Assembly (NCBI GenBank): GCA_963845065.1
Contig: CAWJQQ010000009.1
Location: forward strand, 256,001 to 320,000
Direction of reading: 5' to 3'
Length of the DNA stretch: 64,000 bases
From: Nitrospirota bacterium
GTDB lineage: Bacteria; Nitrospirota; UBA9217
The position numbers were made by a program, and so were the translations under genes. Shown piece after piece: positions 30,148 to 42,497 of the stretch; within the stretch, counting starts at the first letter, position 1, and the number at the start of each line of letters is the position of its first letter. The notes under the pieces are model-generated. The model did not search any database, was not told the origin of the DNA, and was given only the letters and a program-made list of their open reading frames with translations.

Positions 30148-31636
30148 GAGCCTCTTGCAAAAGTCTCTTTAAAATTGTCCGATCTTATTCAGTCCGTGTT
30201 TTCAACGAAAATCCGTAGGAAATCATTGTCAACTTGCATCAAAATACAGCATAATGCGCGTGCAGCCATGTATTTTTTAGTGTGTAGGCGTAGTTCTCCG
30301 CGCAATGCTGCAAATTTTCACTACATTGCCTAGTCTATGTCGCCATTTTCATCAACTGATCAGCGAACAATGCGATGATTCCAAACATAAGGTGGAGCTT
30401 TACTTTTCCAGCGCCACGAACCATCACCGTCTCGCCGCCGAAGTCGCACTTTAATCTGCTGTTCGTACGCTCCGCTACCGTACGTTCGTTGTATCGTTTC
30501 GCTTCCGCAGGCGCAAGCGGGATCGCCTGTCCACGACGTGGATTCGGATCAATGATTGGGACATGGCCTAGTATTCTACTCATCTGATGAATCTGATGCG
30601 CGTCATAGGCGGAATCCATTAGGTCATACAAATAGGTCACCTTTTCACTCGTCATTTTCATCAAGGGAATCGCAACCTGGCTGTCATGCAATGACGCCGA
30701 GGTGAGCACGGTGCTGATCGGAAACCCGTTGTCGTTCGTATCCACATGTAGCTTGTAACCGATCCACGTCTCTTTGTATCCCTGGGCATTCTTCTTGGCC
30801 CCAACGGTGCAAACGGCCGGCAGTTCTCCGATAGCCGCAGATGCTGTTTGTCCAACCTGTCGGTCCAGACGCCTCTCTTTTTTATTCCTGACCTCACCTT
30901 TTTTCGGACGTCCTTTGGGTTTCGGCTTCTGCGCTACCGTTTTTTCTTTTACCTTCATTTTGACCGGCTTCTCATTTCCCTTGATCGCTGTCGAGTCACG
31001 CGACACATGGCCGATCAACTGATCCGACAAGTGTAACGTTACCATAGCATTGAGCACTCGATCGCCAAGCTCACTTGCAGAATATTCCGCAAAGGCGCGG
31101 GAAAACGTCGCCTCCGACGGTAGCGTGCTCTCCTGCACTCGTTCTACGATTAACTCCCCGTTCTCTCGCCGCGCCTTCTTAACCGTCCTGAACCCTCTCC
31201 CGCTGAATCCGCAGATACCACGCAGATTCGGCATCGTATCCAAGCCTTCCATCAGCGCCCGCGTCGTAGGAAACCTATAAACCGCCTTTGCTACAAATGC
31301 CCGCGCAATCGCGTAACGATCAACCAATTTCCGACCCATCCACTGCAACTCTGGGGTCTTTACATAATCTTCTACCTGGAGAATCTCGAGAATGGTTATA
31401 AGGCGTTTCTGTTTGTCCGTCATCGGATCAGAAAAATATGTCTGCAGAATCGGGAATAAATCTACCTGTACTTTAGCCTTTAACCATGATATAGTTTCTT
31501 TCAGCGGATTCATCGGCTCTCCTTTTGTTTGGTTTCGTTGGCAAACAAATCATACCAGAAGGAGAGCTTCTTTACCTCAAAAAACCCATCATTTCTACAA
31601 AAAAATCGCTTACTTCATAACTTTTGCAAGAGGCTC
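30148..31636 (-). mobile_element. IS5/IS1182-like DDE insertion sequence
   Basis: Perfect 17-bp IR GAGCCTCTTGCAAAAGT; 4-bp TSD TACT (30144-30147, 31637-31640). Confidence 0.93.
30335..31513 (-). CDS. DDE transposase (IS4/IS5 superfamily)
   Basis: RDSTAI, GYKLH, HDSQ, MDSAYD, YNERTVAERTNSRLK. Confidence 0.92.
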   Translation of the reverse strand: MNPLKETISWLKAKVQVDLFPILQTYFSDPMTDKQKRLITILEILQVEDYVKTPELQWMGRKLVDRYAIARAFVAKAVYRFPTTRALMEGLDTMPNLRGICGFSGRGFRTVKKARRENGELIVERVQESTLPSEATFSRAFAEYSASELGDRVLNAMVTLHLSDQLIGHVSRDSTAIKGNEKPVKMKVKEKTVAQKPKPKGRPKKGEVRNKKERRLDRQVGQTASAAIGELPAVCTVGAKKNAQGYKETWIGYKLHVDTNDNGFPISTVLTSASLHDSQVAIPLMKMTSEKVTYLYDLMDSAYDAHQIHQMSRILGHVPIIDPNPRRGQAIPLAPAEAKRYNERTVAERTNSRLKCDFGGETVMVRGAGKVKLHLMFGIIALFADQLMKMAT

Positions 31637-31986
31637 TACTGTTAAAATATTCAGTTTGTAATACTTTTTAATTATTGACGCCCATATGACCTATGCTCTA
31701 TCCTTAATATTAGACCTACCTAATTCTCATCCACCTTCCAGTGCCGTGGGGGGATATTATCGCACAGACGTATACGTGCAAGTTCTGGCGCTGCAGGTTG
31801 TTTCTTGCCTTCATGAAGTCTAAGATCTCATGCCACACATAAGTTGCGGTATTAATTTGTCCGTGATCGACTATGAGAGCGTCAGACGATAATATTGATT
31901 CAAGTACATTTGATTGCAGGATGTTTCTTTGAAGTGTGGACGGGATTCTAATGAATGACCCTCCAAAGATGGGGGAATAATCTATC

Positions 31987-34863
31987 ATGAGGGACGACCA
32001 GAAGACAAAACAGCATATCATTGAAGAACTGGTTGCGCTTCGCCAGACGATCACCAATACGGAAAAGGTTCTGGCCGAGGAAAGGAAGATCTCGGACGCA
32101 ATGATAGATAGTCTGCCTGGAATTTTTTACCTCTTTGATGAGCAGGGCAGGTTCCTGCGCTGGAATAGGAACCTCGAACTCATTTCAGGCTACTCGTCAG
32201 CAGAAATATCAAGCATGCACCCCTTGGACTTTTTTAACGGCGAAGACCGGCGCATTGAAGAAGAACATATCCGCGATGTCTTCCAGAAAGGTCCGACAAC
32301 TTCGGAAGCTGAGCTCATTTCGAAAGATGGACGCAGGACCCCGTTCTTCTTTACTTGCAGGCTGGTCGCTGTCGGCGATAAAAACTGCGCCATCGGAACG
32401 GGAATTGACATTGCCGAACAGAGGCAAACAGAAGAAACAGTTAGATTGCTCAACCGCCAAAATGAACTTATCTTGAAATCAGCGGGTGAAGGGATCTACG
32501 GCGTGGATCTAAACGGCCATACGACGTTCATCAACCCATCCGCGTCAAAGATGATCGGTTGGGAAACTTGGAAAATTATCGGCAAAAGGCTGCATGATTT
32601 CATTCACCACTCGAGGCCGGACGGAACCCCTTATCCCAGTGAAGAGTGCCCCATCTACGCAGCGTTTAATGACGGAAAAGTCCATCAGATAGCAGACGAG
32701 GTATTTTGGAGAAAAGACGGCACTTGTTTTCCCGTCGAGTATACCAGCACCCCCATTGTGGAGAACAACAAGCTGGCCGGTGCGGTAGTCGTATTCAGGG
32801 ACGTTACGGAGCGCAAATACGCGCAGGAGGAAATAGAGAAAAACTTCGACACGCAGACTGTAATAAACTCGCTGCTGAACCTCTCGCTGCAGGATGTGCC
32901 CCTCGATGAGATATTAAGCCGTGCCCTTGATCTTATCCTCTCGATCCCCTGGCTCGTCGTTCAATCGAAAGGTCACATATCCATTGTCGAACATGACCCC
33001 GGGGCACTCGTGATGAAGGTCCAGAGAGGGCTCGACGAGCAATTACAGAAGACATGTGCCGTTGTCCCGTTTGGCAAATGCATATGCGGACGTGCGGCAA
33101 TATCAAAAGAGATCATCTTTGTCGACCACATTGACGAGCGTCACGAGGTTCACTGCGACGGGCTCACACCCCATGGCCATTACTGCGTCCCGATTATATT
33201 CGCCGACAAGGTACTTGGCGTGATAAGCGTCGTTTTAAATGAAGGACACATAAGGAATGACCGGGAGAAGGCATTGCTGTCGGCAGTTGCAAACGCCTTG
33301 GCGGGGATTATCGTCAGGAGACACGCGGAGGAGTCCCTGCTGGAAAGCGAACGAAAGCTGCAGGCCATCACTGATGCAGCGTCCGATGCAATTGTCTTGA
33401 TCGATGATGAAGAAAAGATTGTCTACTGGAACTCATCGGCAAACAAGATGCTCGGCTATCGGTTCGAGGAGGTCGAGGGACAGAGCATCCAAATCGTTAT
33501 CCCATCGCGGTACCGTGAAACACACACCAGAGCATTTCGCCGGTTTGTTGAGACCGGGCAGGGAACTTTTCTGGGAAAGACGTATGAAGCAGCGGCACTC
33601 AAGAAAGATGGAGACGAAATCCCGATCGAGCTCTCCATTTCTGCAATACGGCTGAAGGGCAGGTGGCATTCCGCAGGAATCATCAGGGACATCTCGGAGC
33701 GGAAAAAGCTTGAGCAACAACTTTTTCAATCCCAGAAGATGGAGGCTGTCGGTCAGCTTGCAGGAGGGATTGCCCATGACTTCAATAATATTCTTTCGGC
33801 CATCGTCGGCTACAGTGACATCCTCAGCATAAAAATGAAGCCTGACGACCCGCTCCGCGTGAATATCGAGCACGTGCTTGATGCGGCAGACCGGGCGGCA
33901 CACTTAACAAAGAGTCTTCTCGCTTTCAGCAGGCAGCAGATTCTGCTCGCCCGCCCGACAAATTTAATCGATGTCATACGGCGAGTAGAACTCCTCCTGA
34001 GGAGAGTCATTGGTGAGGACATTGAACTTCAGACGGTCTTCAAGCAGGACACAGCGATTGTGAACGCCGACAGCAGCCAGCTGGAGCAGGTATTCTTGAA
34101 CCTCGCGATCAACGCGCGTGATGCGATGCCGAACGGCGGCTCCTTTATCATCGAGATAGATACGGTTGAACTGGACGATGCCTTCATTCGGGCTCATGGC
34201 TACGGCGAACGGGGATGGTATGCGCTTGTATCGGTAGCAGATAACGGGATTGGCATGGATGAGGCGACACGGAAGAGAATCTTTGAGCCATTTTTTACGA
34301 CCAAGGAGGTGGGTAAAGGAACGGGACTGGGCCTGTCGATTGTATACGGGATCATAAAACAACATCATGGTTATATCAATGTTTACAGTGAACCGGGGAA
34401 AGGGACGACGTTTAAGATATACCTGCCGCTGATCGATAGAGTACCCGAAACACGCACTTTAACCGAAGGCGTCTCAGTAGAAAAATCTCCAGGGGGAACA
34501 GAAGCCGTGCTGGTAGCAGAAGACGATGAAATGCTCCGGAAACTATCCCATACTGTTCTTGAGGAGTCCGGTTACACGGTGATCGATGCTGAAGATGGTG
34601 TAGACGCCGTGAACAAGTTCATGATGCATAAGGACACCATAAAACTCATTATCCTGGATATGATCATGCCTAAGAAGAATGGCCGGGAAGTGTATCAAGA
34701 GATAAAAAAAATTCAACCGGATATCAAAGCACTATTTGTAAGTGGATACACAGCTGATAAGAGAATTTCTGAGGAGCTATGGGGAAAAGGTGTGGAATTT
34801 CTTATGAAACCGCTCTCACCTATAGCCCTGCTGAAAAGGGTACGAGCGGTACTGGATTCATAA
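31987..34863 (+). CDS. PAS/GAF hybrid sensor histidine kinase with receiver domain
   Basis: Three PAS domains, [20 protein letters not shown]-terminal REC. Confidence 0.93.
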   Translation: MRDDQKTKQHIIEELVALRQTITNTEKVLAEERKISDAMIDSLPGIFYLFDEQGRFLRWNRNLELISGYSSAEISSMHPLDFFNGEDRRIEEEHIRDVFQKGPTTSEAELISKDGRRTPFFFTCRLVAVGDKNCAIGTGIDIAEQRQTEETVRLLNRQNELILKSAGEGIYGVDLNGHTTFINPSASKMIGWETWKIIGKRLHDFIHHSRPDGTPYPSEECPIYAAFNDGKVHQIADEVFWRKDGTCFPVEYTSTPIVENNKLAGAVVVFRDVTERKYAQEEIEKNFDTQTVINSLLNLSLQDVPLDEILSRALDLILSIPWLVVQSKGHISIVEHDPGALVMKVQRGLDEQLQKTCAVVPFGKCICGRAAISKEIIFVDHIDERHEVHCDGLTPHGHYCVPIIFADKVLGVISVVLNEGHIRNDREKALLSAVANALAGIIVRRHAEESLLESERKLQAITDAASDAIVLIDDEEKIVYWNSSANKMLGYRFEEVEGQSIQIVIPSRYRETHTRAFRRFVETGQGTFLGKTYEAAALKKDGDEIPIELSISAIRLKGRWHSAGIIRDISERKKLEQQLFQSQKMEAVGQLAGGIAHDFNNILSAIVGYSDILSIKMKPDDPLRVNIEHVLDAADRAAHLTKSLLAFSRQQILLARPTNLIDVIRRVELLLRRVIGEDIELQTVFKQDTAIVNADSSQLEQVFLNLAINARDAMPNGGSFIIEIDTVELDDAFIRAHGYGERGWYALVSVADNGIGMDEATRKRIFEPFFTTKEVGKGTGLGLSIVYGIIKQHHGYINVYSEPGKGTTFKIYLPLIDRVPETRTLTEGVSVEKSPGGTEAVLVAEDDEMLRKLSHTVLEESGYTVIDAEDGVDAVNKFMMHKDTIKLIILDMIMPKKNGREVYQEIKKIQPDIKALFVSGYTADKRISEELWGKGVEFLMKPLSPIALLKRVRAVLDS

Positions 34864-34970
34864 AATATTTAGGGACTGTCGCTCCTCGACAGGATTCCAT
34901 TCAGCCATTATGGCCGATTTGCTTAATTGATTTTCATTTGGGTGCAATAAACTAAAAGGAGAAGTATGCT

Positions 34971-35315
34971 ATGCCGGTACTGGAATATGAAGGGTTTAGG
35001 ATTGAAATCGACGATGACGGCTTTCTTGTAAAACTCGAAGACTGGAACGAAACCATCGCCGTGGCCCTGGCGACACGGGAAGAAATTAGTGAACTGACAG
35101 AAGACAAGCTCGACATCCTTCGGTTCATGCGAGAATACTACGAAAAATACAAATTCTTTCCGATTGTCCGGTTTGTGTGCAAGAATGTTCACCAGCCCCG
35201 GACTTGTGTTACGGAGAAGTTCATCGATCCGGTGAAGGCTTGGAAGATAGCCGGCCTGCCCAATCCCGGAGAGGAAGTAATCCTTTTTAAATCCTGGGAC
35301 CCACTGGGATATTAA
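34971..35315 (+). CDS. DsrC/TusE-family protein lacking the C-terminal cysteines
   Basis: DDDGFL..WNE..A, MREYY, PVKAWKIAGLPNP. Confidence 0.85.
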   Translation: MPVLEYEGFRIEIDDDGFLVKLEDWNETIAVALATREEISELTEDKLDILRFMREYYEKYKFFPIVRFVCKNVHQPRTCVTEKFIDPVKAWKIAGLPNPGEEVILFKSWDPLGY

Positions 35316-35432
35316 TAGGGATGGAAAGCACTGAGGGAGATCTGCCGAGCGGTGACTGATCGAGATCAACCTGGCAATGGCTTGCTTTTTCCCGTCTCCT
35401 GGTCTATGTTTTAAATAAAAGGACCAGCGATA

Positions 35433-38400
35433 ATGTCATCAACCAGCCTCACCCTATTCCACCACCTCATTAAACAATGGTTCTCGGAAAAAGTCGGATC
35501 ACCAACTGACGTTCAGGAGAAAACCTGGCCCGAGATTGCAAAGGGCCGTCATGTGCTCGTGACTGCTCCTACGGGCTGCGGCAAGACACTGGCCGCTTTT
35601 TTATGGAGTATTAATCAGCTCGTAACCGGCGTCTGGACAGGGGGCAAGGTCCGCGTTCTCTACATCTCTCCCTTGAAAGCACTAAACAACGACGTTCAGC
35701 GAAACCTGCTCAAGCCCCTTGGTGAACTGCGTGATTATTTTAATCGCGCTGGAGCGCCTTTCCCGGAAATCCACGTTTTCACCCGGAGCGGGGACACGCC
35801 GGGCGAGGAGCGGCGAAGGATGATCAGGAGGCCGCCGGAAATTCTAATCACCACGCCGGAGTCTCTGAATCTTCTTCTCACTTCCCGAAGCGGACGATCG
35901 ATTCTTGCCGGCATTGTAACTGTGATCCTCGACGAGATCCATGCAGTCGTCGGGACGAAGCGCGGTACGCACCTGATCACAGCCGTCGATCGGCTTGTGC
36001 CTATTAGTGGAGAGTTCCAGCGCATCGCTTTGTCTGCAACGGCGAACCCGGCGGAGCGCATCGCCGAGTTTGTGGGAGGGTTCCGGAAAATCGGGAAAGG
36101 CAAGGACAGTCATTTCGAAAAACGCGCTGTTTCGCTCATTCAGTCCCGCCAGGCAAAGACCTATGAAATTTCTGTATCCTTCCCTGCGGATGCCCGGGAG
36201 AAGATGGTCGATGATTCATGGTGGCCCGCACTCATCGACTCGTTCAAGGAAATCATCAATCAGCACCAATCGACCTTGCTCTTCGCGAACAGCAGGAGGA
36301 CAACGGAAAAGGTTACACGATTGATCAATGAGGCCGAGGAATCCGAGCTTGCCTATGCTCACCACGGGTCACTTTCCCGCGAAATCAGGCTCGCCGTGGA
36401 GCAAAAATTAAAGAACGGAGAGCTCAAGGCCATCGTGGCCACAAACTCGCTCGAACTGGGCATCGACATCGGCAGTCTGGACAGGGTCATAATGATCCAG
36501 ACACCGCGGTCGGTTTCATCGGCGCTTCAGCGCATCGGCCGGTCGGGCCATTCGGTAGGGGAGACGAGCCGTGGCCTGCTCTTTCCGACGCATGGCCGCG
36601 ATTTTATCGACGCTGCGGTCATGGCCCGTGCCAGTCTGGACCAGGACATTGAAGAGGTGCATCCCATCGAAGCGCCGCTCGATATCCTGGCGCAGGTCAT
36701 CCTTTCGATGACTGCAATGGAAAAGTGGGACATCGACGAGCTTTATGCTTTTTTAAAAACAAGCTATCCCTATCGCGACTTGCCTCGCAAACATTTCGAC
36801 ATCCTGCTCGAAATGCTTTCCGGCAGATACGCAGACAGCCGCTTGCGGGAACTGAAGGCCCGCGTCTCGCTTGACCGGGTAGACAACTCGATCCAGGCAC
36901 ACAGTGCAGTCCCTTACCTTATATATACCTCAGGCGGGACCATCCCGGAGCGCGGCTACTTCGACATGCGACTCAAGGACACCCATGCAAAGATCGGCGA
37001 GCTCGATGAAGAGTTCGTATGGGAGCGGTCCATCGGCGAGACCTTTACCCTGGGAACCCAGCTCTGGAGGATCGAGAAGATTACACATAACGATGTGGAG
37101 GTTGTGCCGGTCCGTTCCGCTACGGGCATCTTCCCGTTCTGGAAGGCTGAACAACAGGACCGCGATTTTCACTTCTCCGAAAAAATCGGCCTTTTTCTCG
37201 AACACGCGGATGGGAAGCTTGACTCCCCTGATTTCCGGAATCAGCTTTTGAACCAACATGCCATGGCAGAAACGGCCGCAGACGAACTAATCAGTTTTTT
37301 AAAACTTCAAATAGAAGCGACCGGCACCAACCTTCCGCACCGTCACCATCTCTTGATCGAGCATATTGAGGAGCCTGGGGGCCGTAGCGATTTCAAACAG
37401 GTGATCCTGCATACCTTCTGGGGCGGACGGGTAAACCGGCCCTTTGCACTTGCACTGGCCCAAGCCTGGGAGGAAAAAGAGCGCCAGCCGCTTCAGTTGA
37501 TTGAGAACGATGATGCCATCCTGCTCATGCTTCCACGGGAGTTCCAGGCCCATGACCTATTTTCACTTGTTTCGCCGGAAACCGTAGAGTTATTTCTACG
37601 AAAGAGGTTGGAGCAGACGGGATTTTTCGGGGCCCGGTTCCGGGAGAACGCAGAGCGTGCTCTCCTGCTGCCGAAGTCGAGTTTCAGACGTCGAATGCCG
37701 CTCTGGCTCATCCGTCTTCGTTCCAAGGAACTGCTTGCAGCGGTCCATTCTTATGATGATTTCCCGATTCTGCTCGAAACATGGCGCACTTGTCTTGAGG
37801 ACGAGTTCGATCTTCAGCATGTTAAGACGATGATCGAAGAGATTCAGACGGGCATTGTCCACGTGAGCGAGACCGTGACCAGGGCGGCCTCTCCTTTTGC
37901 CGGAAGCCTCGTTTGGAAGCAGACGAACAAGTACATGTACGAAGATGATACTCCGATCCTGGCAAAAGAATCAGCTCTCCGGCCTGATCTGATAAAAGAA
38001 CTTTTGTTTTCTTCCCACCTCCGCCCGAAGATCCCTGCTGAACTTGTCCGCATCCTTGACAGTAAGCTCAAACGTACGGCCCCGGGATACCCGCCGAGTT
38101 TAGCCATCGAGCTTCTGGACTGGGTGAAGGAGCGCTTGCTGGTCCCGGAACCGGAGTGGAAGGAGCTGGCTTTCTCAATCAGGAGGGATTATGACCAGGA
38201 CGCGGGAGAGTGGATTGCATCCCAGTCGAGGAAACTGTTATGGATAAGCTGGCCCGGCGTCAGATACCCGCTTCTATGCGCTCTCGAAACGCTGCCGAAG
38301 GTTGTCGTTGCCTTCCGTCTGCACACGGATGTTATTTCGGTTAAGCAGGTAAGTAGCGACGAGAAAATGGAAACCGTCAAGCGGCGGGCTTTGTCATTCC

Positions 38401-39896
38401 TGCGCGAGGTGCCTGAGTCAGCTCAAGCGGCGGAGGAGTATGACCTTACGGATTTTCTTTCTGAGTGGCTGTCCTTTTACTGCCCCTTGGAGAAAGAAAG
38501 TCTGGTGTCTCTGCTCGGAATTACTGCCGAGAGGATCGATGAAGCGATTGAACCTTTAATCGAGTCGCAGGACCTAATCATGGACCGCTTTGGAGAGGAG
38601 AGCGGGACGCTCGAAATCTGCGATAGTGGCAATCTCGAGATTCTGCTCCGCATGACGCGACGTTATCGCCGGCCATCATTCGAGCCTCTCCCGCTTCCGC
38701 AGCTTCCATTGTTTCTGGCAGCTTATCAGGGGGTCATTCCGCGGGGCGAATCAATGGACGACTTCCAGCAAAGACTTGAGCAGCTCTTCGGCTTCCCGGC
38801 GCCCGTGGGTGCATGGGAAGATTATATCCTGCCCAGCCGAATGCAGCAGTATCGGAGCGAGTGGCTGGACACACTCATGAACCAGAGTGACCTCATTTGG
38901 TTTGGCTGCGGGAGACAGCGCATCAGCCTTGCTTTCAGTCAGGACCTGGACCTCTTCCGTACTGCCCCTGAGACCGAAAATGATGGAGAACTTTCCCACT
39001 TAATTCCAGACCGTCGGGGCAGATACAGCTTCTTGGAGATAACCGAATTTTCCCACATGGACACTATTCATGCTACGGAGCTTTTGTGGACAGAGGCGTG
39101 GAAGGGAAATGTGACAAGCGACTCGTTTAAGACTCTCAGAAAGGGCGTTGTGACTGGATTCTCTGCACAATCATTTAGTGACGAGGCCAGGCTCACTACG
39201 CGCAGGTCGGGATTTAACCGCTGGAAGGTTTCCCGGCCCCTGGAAGGGCACTGGCTCCGGATCGATTCATTGCCGCAGGAGCGTGATATCCTGGAAGAGC
39301 AAGAACTGGTGAAGGATCGCATCCGGCAGCTGCTGAAGTGCTATGGTGTGCTTTTTCGCGATCTTCTTGTGAATGAATTGCCGCCACTCCAGTGGCGCAA
39401 GGTCTTTCGGTCATTGCGTCTTATGGAGCTCTCAGGCGAGGTACTGTCAGGCTATTTTTTCGAGGGCATCACGGGGCCGCAGTTTGTTTCCCACGAGGCC
39501 TTCCGCATACTCCAGGAGCCCTTGCCGCAAGACGCTGTTTACTGGATCAATGCGGCCGACCCCGTATCCCCCTGCGGACTTGGCTTTACTGCATTATCAG
39601 GGCTTCCTTCGCGCATCGCCTCGACGCATCTCGTGTATCATGGCAGCAAGCTTGTCATGATATCGAAGCGCACTGGAAAGAACCTTGAGATCTTGGTCCA
39701 GCCTGACGACTCGCATCTTGCCGAGTATTTCACGTTGTTCAAGGAGCTGCTTACTCGTGAGTTCAGTCCAATGCAAAAGATAGCAGTTGAAATGATCAAC
39801 GGCGAGCCAGCGCTAAAGAGTCCCTATGCCGGAGCACTGAAGGGGTTCGGGTTCCGATCAGCGAGAAATGCGCTGGAGATGTGGAAGGAATATTAA
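35433..39896 (+). CDS. lhr: Lhr-family ATP-dependent helicase
   Basis: APTGCGKT, SPLKALNND, DEIH, HHGSLS, SLELGID, QRIGRSGH; full-length C-terminus. Confidence 0.92.
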   Translation: MSSTSLTLFHHLIKQWFSEKVGSPTDVQEKTWPEIAKGRHVLVTAPTGCGKTLAAFLWSINQLVTGVWTGGKVRVLYISPLKALNNDVQRNLLKPLGELRDYFNRAGAPFPEIHVFTRSGDTPGEERRRMIRRPPEILITTPESLNLLLTSRSGRSILAGIVTVILDEIHAVVGTKRGTHLITAVDRLVPISGEFQRIALSATANPAERIAEFVGGFRKIGKGKDSHFEKRAVSLIQSRQAKTYEISVSFPADAREKMVDDSWWPALIDSFKEIINQHQSTLLFANSRRTTEKVTRLINEAEESELAYAHHGSLSREIRLAVEQKLKNGELKAIVATNSLELGIDIGSLDRVIMIQTPRSVSSALQRIGRSGHSVGETSRGLLFPTHGRDFIDAAVMARASLDQDIEEVHPIEAPLDILAQVILSMTAMEKWDIDELYAFLKTSYPYRDLPRKHFDILLEMLSGRYADSRLRELKARVSLDRVDNSIQAHSAVPYLIYTSGGTIPERGYFDMRLKDTHAKIGELDEEFVWERSIGETFTLGTQLWRIEKITHNDVEVVPVRSATGIFPFWKAEQQDRDFHFSEKIGLFLEHADGKLDSPDFRNQLLNQHAMAETAADELISFLKLQIEATGTNLPHRHHLLIEHIEEPGGRSDFKQVILHTFWGGRVNRPFALALAQAWEEKERQPLQLIENDDAILLMLPREFQAHDLFSLVSPETVELFLRKRLEQTGFFGARFRENAERALLLPKSSFRRRMPLWLIRLRSKELLAAVHSYDDFPILLETWRTCLEDEFDLQHVKTMIEEIQTGIVHVSETVTRAASPFAGSLVWKQTNKYMYEDDTPILAKESALRPDLIKELLFSSHLRPKIPAELVRILDSKLKRTAPGYPPSLAIELLDWVKERLLVPEPEWKELAFSIRRDYDQDAGEWIASQSRKLLWISWPGVRYPLLCALETLPKVVVAFRLHTDVISVKQVSSDEKMETVKRRALSFLREVPESAQAAEEYDLTDFLSEWLSFYCPLEKESLVSLLGITAERIDEAIEPLIESQDLIMDRFGEESGTLEICDSGNLEILLRMTRRYRRPSFEPLPLPQLPLFLAAYQGVIPRGESMDDFQQRLEQLFGFPAPVGAWEDYILPSRMQQYRSEWLDTLMNQSDLIWFGCGRQRISLAFSQDLDLFRTAPETENDGELSHLIPDRRGRYSFLEITEFSHMDTIHATELLWTEAWKGNVTSDSFKTLRKGVVTGFSAQSFSDEARLTTRRSGFNRWKVSRPLEGHWLRIDSLPQERDILEEQELVKDRIRQLLKCYGVLFRDLLVNELPPLQWRKVFRSLRLMELSGEVLSGYFFEGITGPQFVSHEAFRILQEPLPQDAVYWINAADPVSPCGLGFTALSGLPSRIASTHLVYHGSKLVMISKRTGKNLEILVQPDDSHLAEYFTLFKELLTREFSPMQKIAVEMINGEPALKSPYAGALKGFGFRSARNALEMWKEY

Positions 39897-40330
39897 CTTT
39901 CACGAGTGATGGACTGCAAGAGAGGCAGCGGATCGGGTGATTACCAAACTATCCGCAGAAAGCCCCTGGTTTTAACCATGGGGATGAATGCGGAAACTTT
40001 GTTTTTCGGCAATTAGTAGACAAATGTACATCTATGTGGTATATTTAAACAACCAATGCCGAATAAACCTAAAACCCCATCTTTTATCCACGAGTTTCAA
40101 CTCGTAACAACCCCAAAAGACAATCGAATGCTTAATGTCCGACTCGAAGCTGGTCGTTATCTATATAATGCCTGTCTTGGTGAAGCGATGAAACGTCTTG
40201 CCGTCATGCGTAGCTCTAAAAAATGGCGTTCAGCGATCAAGAAGAAAAAGAGCAAGCTACGCACTGATATGGTTGACAGTTGTCAAGAGGGAAAATAGTC
40301 TCCTGCCCCTTTTTTAAGGGTTCATAGTTT

Positions 40331-42055
40331 GTAACTATTCAGATCCCACTGGAGCGAAAACTATTCTGGGCTAGCCGGATAACATGAAATCAGGCGACCG
40401 ACCTTCAAATAAAAGCGTCAAGGCTTCGGTTGCCGTGATGCCCTGTTTCCGGCAGGTGGACAAATAACTTCGAATTCGGCAGAAGATCAGCGCACCATCC
40501 CAGGAGCGGAAGCACCCTGATATCTTCTGTTGAACCTTCGTCATCCGGATGTCATTTTCAGCCTGATTGTTCGAGAAAGGCACATCAGGCACAACCATGA
40601 ATCTCAGTACATCGTTCTGGTAATCGCGAAGCCGTTCCAGAAGATTTCTTGCTTTGGAACGAGGAAGCTTGCCCCTGCTCCCTTGTCGCTGTGCTTCTTT
40701 CGGGGTGGGGCACTCCTTATCAGCCTCAGCGAGCAATTTCCGATACCGTTTCCGGTAGCGCTTAGACTCCGGAGCCGGAAGCACGCCGCCTGCATCAAGA
40801 ACAGCCTTGTTCATCTCTTTGAGCAGGTCCGACATCTTAGAGGCCCATTGCTGTTTGTCCTGTTCAAAGGCATTTTCCAGTTCCCTGAGATGGTGAGCAT
40901 TGCACAGGGCATGGAATGCGCCATACTTAAAGTAGGGTTTCCAATGATCGTGACAGAGGATACCCTTAAACGTTGGAAGTATCCCCATTGCATCCATCGC
41001 CTCGGTCCCTCGTTTTTCATGAGGGAAGAAACAGGTCCAGTCGGCATTGGATGCGCTGTGAAGCCAGTATCGCTTGCCGCCGATATTGACGCCGGTTTCA
41101 TCGACATGAAGCACCGCTGATATGGCAAGCTGTACCCTGACCCACTTGTCAAAGTGTTCCAGGCGCTCATAGGCTTCCTGGTTGAAATTGAAGATGGAGC
41201 CCCCGCTGACGGGAATCCGCAGCTGCTCCAGAAAATGATCCTCAATGCGATTATACGGGATCAACTGGAATTGCGACATATAGATCGAGTTGACCTTAAC
41301 GCTGTTGCCATATTGCACCGGCCGGGTGACTCCATCTGGAAACGGGGCCACATAGCGCTTACCCTGCTGGTCTTTCAGTATCTCGGCCCGATACTCCGTC
41401 ACCACTCGCGAGATGTTCAGGTCGATGACTTGCCGGACTTCATAGCCGGCTTCCTGATAGCGACCGCGAGGTAGGACGCTTCTATCAACCGGTAGAATTT
41501 TGATTTCATCAGGATCGGGAACCGGCTTCAGCGTTGTGCCGGAACGACCCTGTTGTCCTCCTGGCTTGCGGCCGCCTTGCCCTCTGGGCTTCTTCTGCCG
41601 ATTGGGATCCATCGACGGCGGCGTGCTGCTGTTCTTACTGTTGAGGCCCAACTTATTCACAAGGAGCGGCACCAGAAGCAACAGCACTTCAAGACTTGCT
41701 TTGAGCGCCGGTGACATTTCTTTTTCTTCGGCGATCAGTGTTTTGACTCGCTCGATTGTGGCTTCAACGTTTATGTTTTGTATCGTCATCCTGAATATCC
41801 TGTCTTTGTGATGGAGCATTGTACCACAGGTTTTCAGAACGACTTATTTGGCGCGAGGTTTGTCACTCGTGCAATTATATTTTCTCAGTCACTCCTTCTA
41901 TGTCGCGCATAATTGACGGCATGATTGGATGCTTTCTGTTTCGCACATGGGCTATTTGTGCATGGTTTGTGACGGCGATGCTGCCTCATATTATTTTATG
42001 AAAACCTTGTCAAGAACAATTTGCATTTTTATCAAATATTTTACTGAATAGTTAC
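40331..42055 (-). mobile_element. IS66-family (single-ORF, ISBst12-like) element
   Basis: IR GTAACTATTCAG; 8-bp TSD CATAGTTT (40323-40330, 42056-42063); empty site visible at 54405-54412. Confidence 0.95.
40371..41819 (-). CDS. IS66-family transposase
   Basis: NSKNSSTPPS, HVDETG, CHDHW, CNAHHLREL, NNQAENDIR. Confidence 0.93.
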   Translation of the reverse strand: MLHHKDRIFRMTIQNINVEATIERVKTLIAEEKEMSPALKASLEVLLLLVPLLVNKLGLNSKNSSTPPSMDPNRQKKPRGQGGRKPGGQQGRSGTTLKPVPDPDEIKILPVDRSVLPRGRYQEAGYEVRQVIDLNISRVVTEYRAEILKDQQGKRYVAPFPDGVTRPVQYGNSVKVNSIYMSQFQLIPYNRIEDHFLEQLRIPVSGGSIFNFNQEAYERLEHFDKWVRVQLAISAVLHVDETGVNIGGKRYWLHSASNADWTCFFPHEKRGTEAMDAMGILPTFKGILCHDHWKPYFKYGAFHALCNAHHLRELENAFEQDKQQWASKMSDLLKEMNKAVLDAGGVLPAPESKRYRKRYRKLLAEADKECPTPKEAQRQGSRGKLPRSKARNLLERLRDYQNDVLRFMVVPDVPFSNNQAENDIRMTKVQQKISGCFRSWDGALIFCRIRSYLSTCRKQGITATEALTLLFEGRSPDFMLSG

Positions 42056-42072
42056 CATAGTTTAAGTATAAT

Positions 42073-42264
42073 TCCAGGGCATAAGGAGGGACGGGGCCGA
42101 CTTGTGCGACGTTTGATCACTCTGATATTCGCGGGTTTGACCGCAAGACCTTTCTTCGTCGCGGAGCTGCCTCGCTCTAAAAGCGGAAGTTCGGCATTGC
42201 CTTATTCCATAGTGCGGACGAGGATTCTCCGTAAACGTGGCCGCGTCCCCGCTTATGCCTTGGA
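42073..42264 (-). ncRNA. Predicted bridge/seek RNA of IS1111 copy A
   Basis: Same sequence as 54422-54613 (offset 12349). Confidence 0.8.
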
Positions 42265-42497
42265 GATTGTTTGATGTTAGCTGGCGTCCTCCTTTGGTTT
42301 TTTACTTTAGTCGTTTTCGTTTCCGCTTCCGGGCGTCTTCAAATTTTCGATTCTGTTCTTTGAAAAATCTCGATGCTCCCGTTTTTACCTTTGAGGATCG
42401 ATTTATTCTTTCACAAATGCCCCAGGATTGATTTTCCAGAGGCGGTCCATACTGAGAGACCCCCTCAAGTTTTGTGTGACGCCTTGTTCTTTCATCT

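Noticed and set aside
40056..40298. 80-aa ORFs (also 54138-54380) as independent genes
   Set aside because: They are the tnpB N-terminus reading into the IS1111 end.
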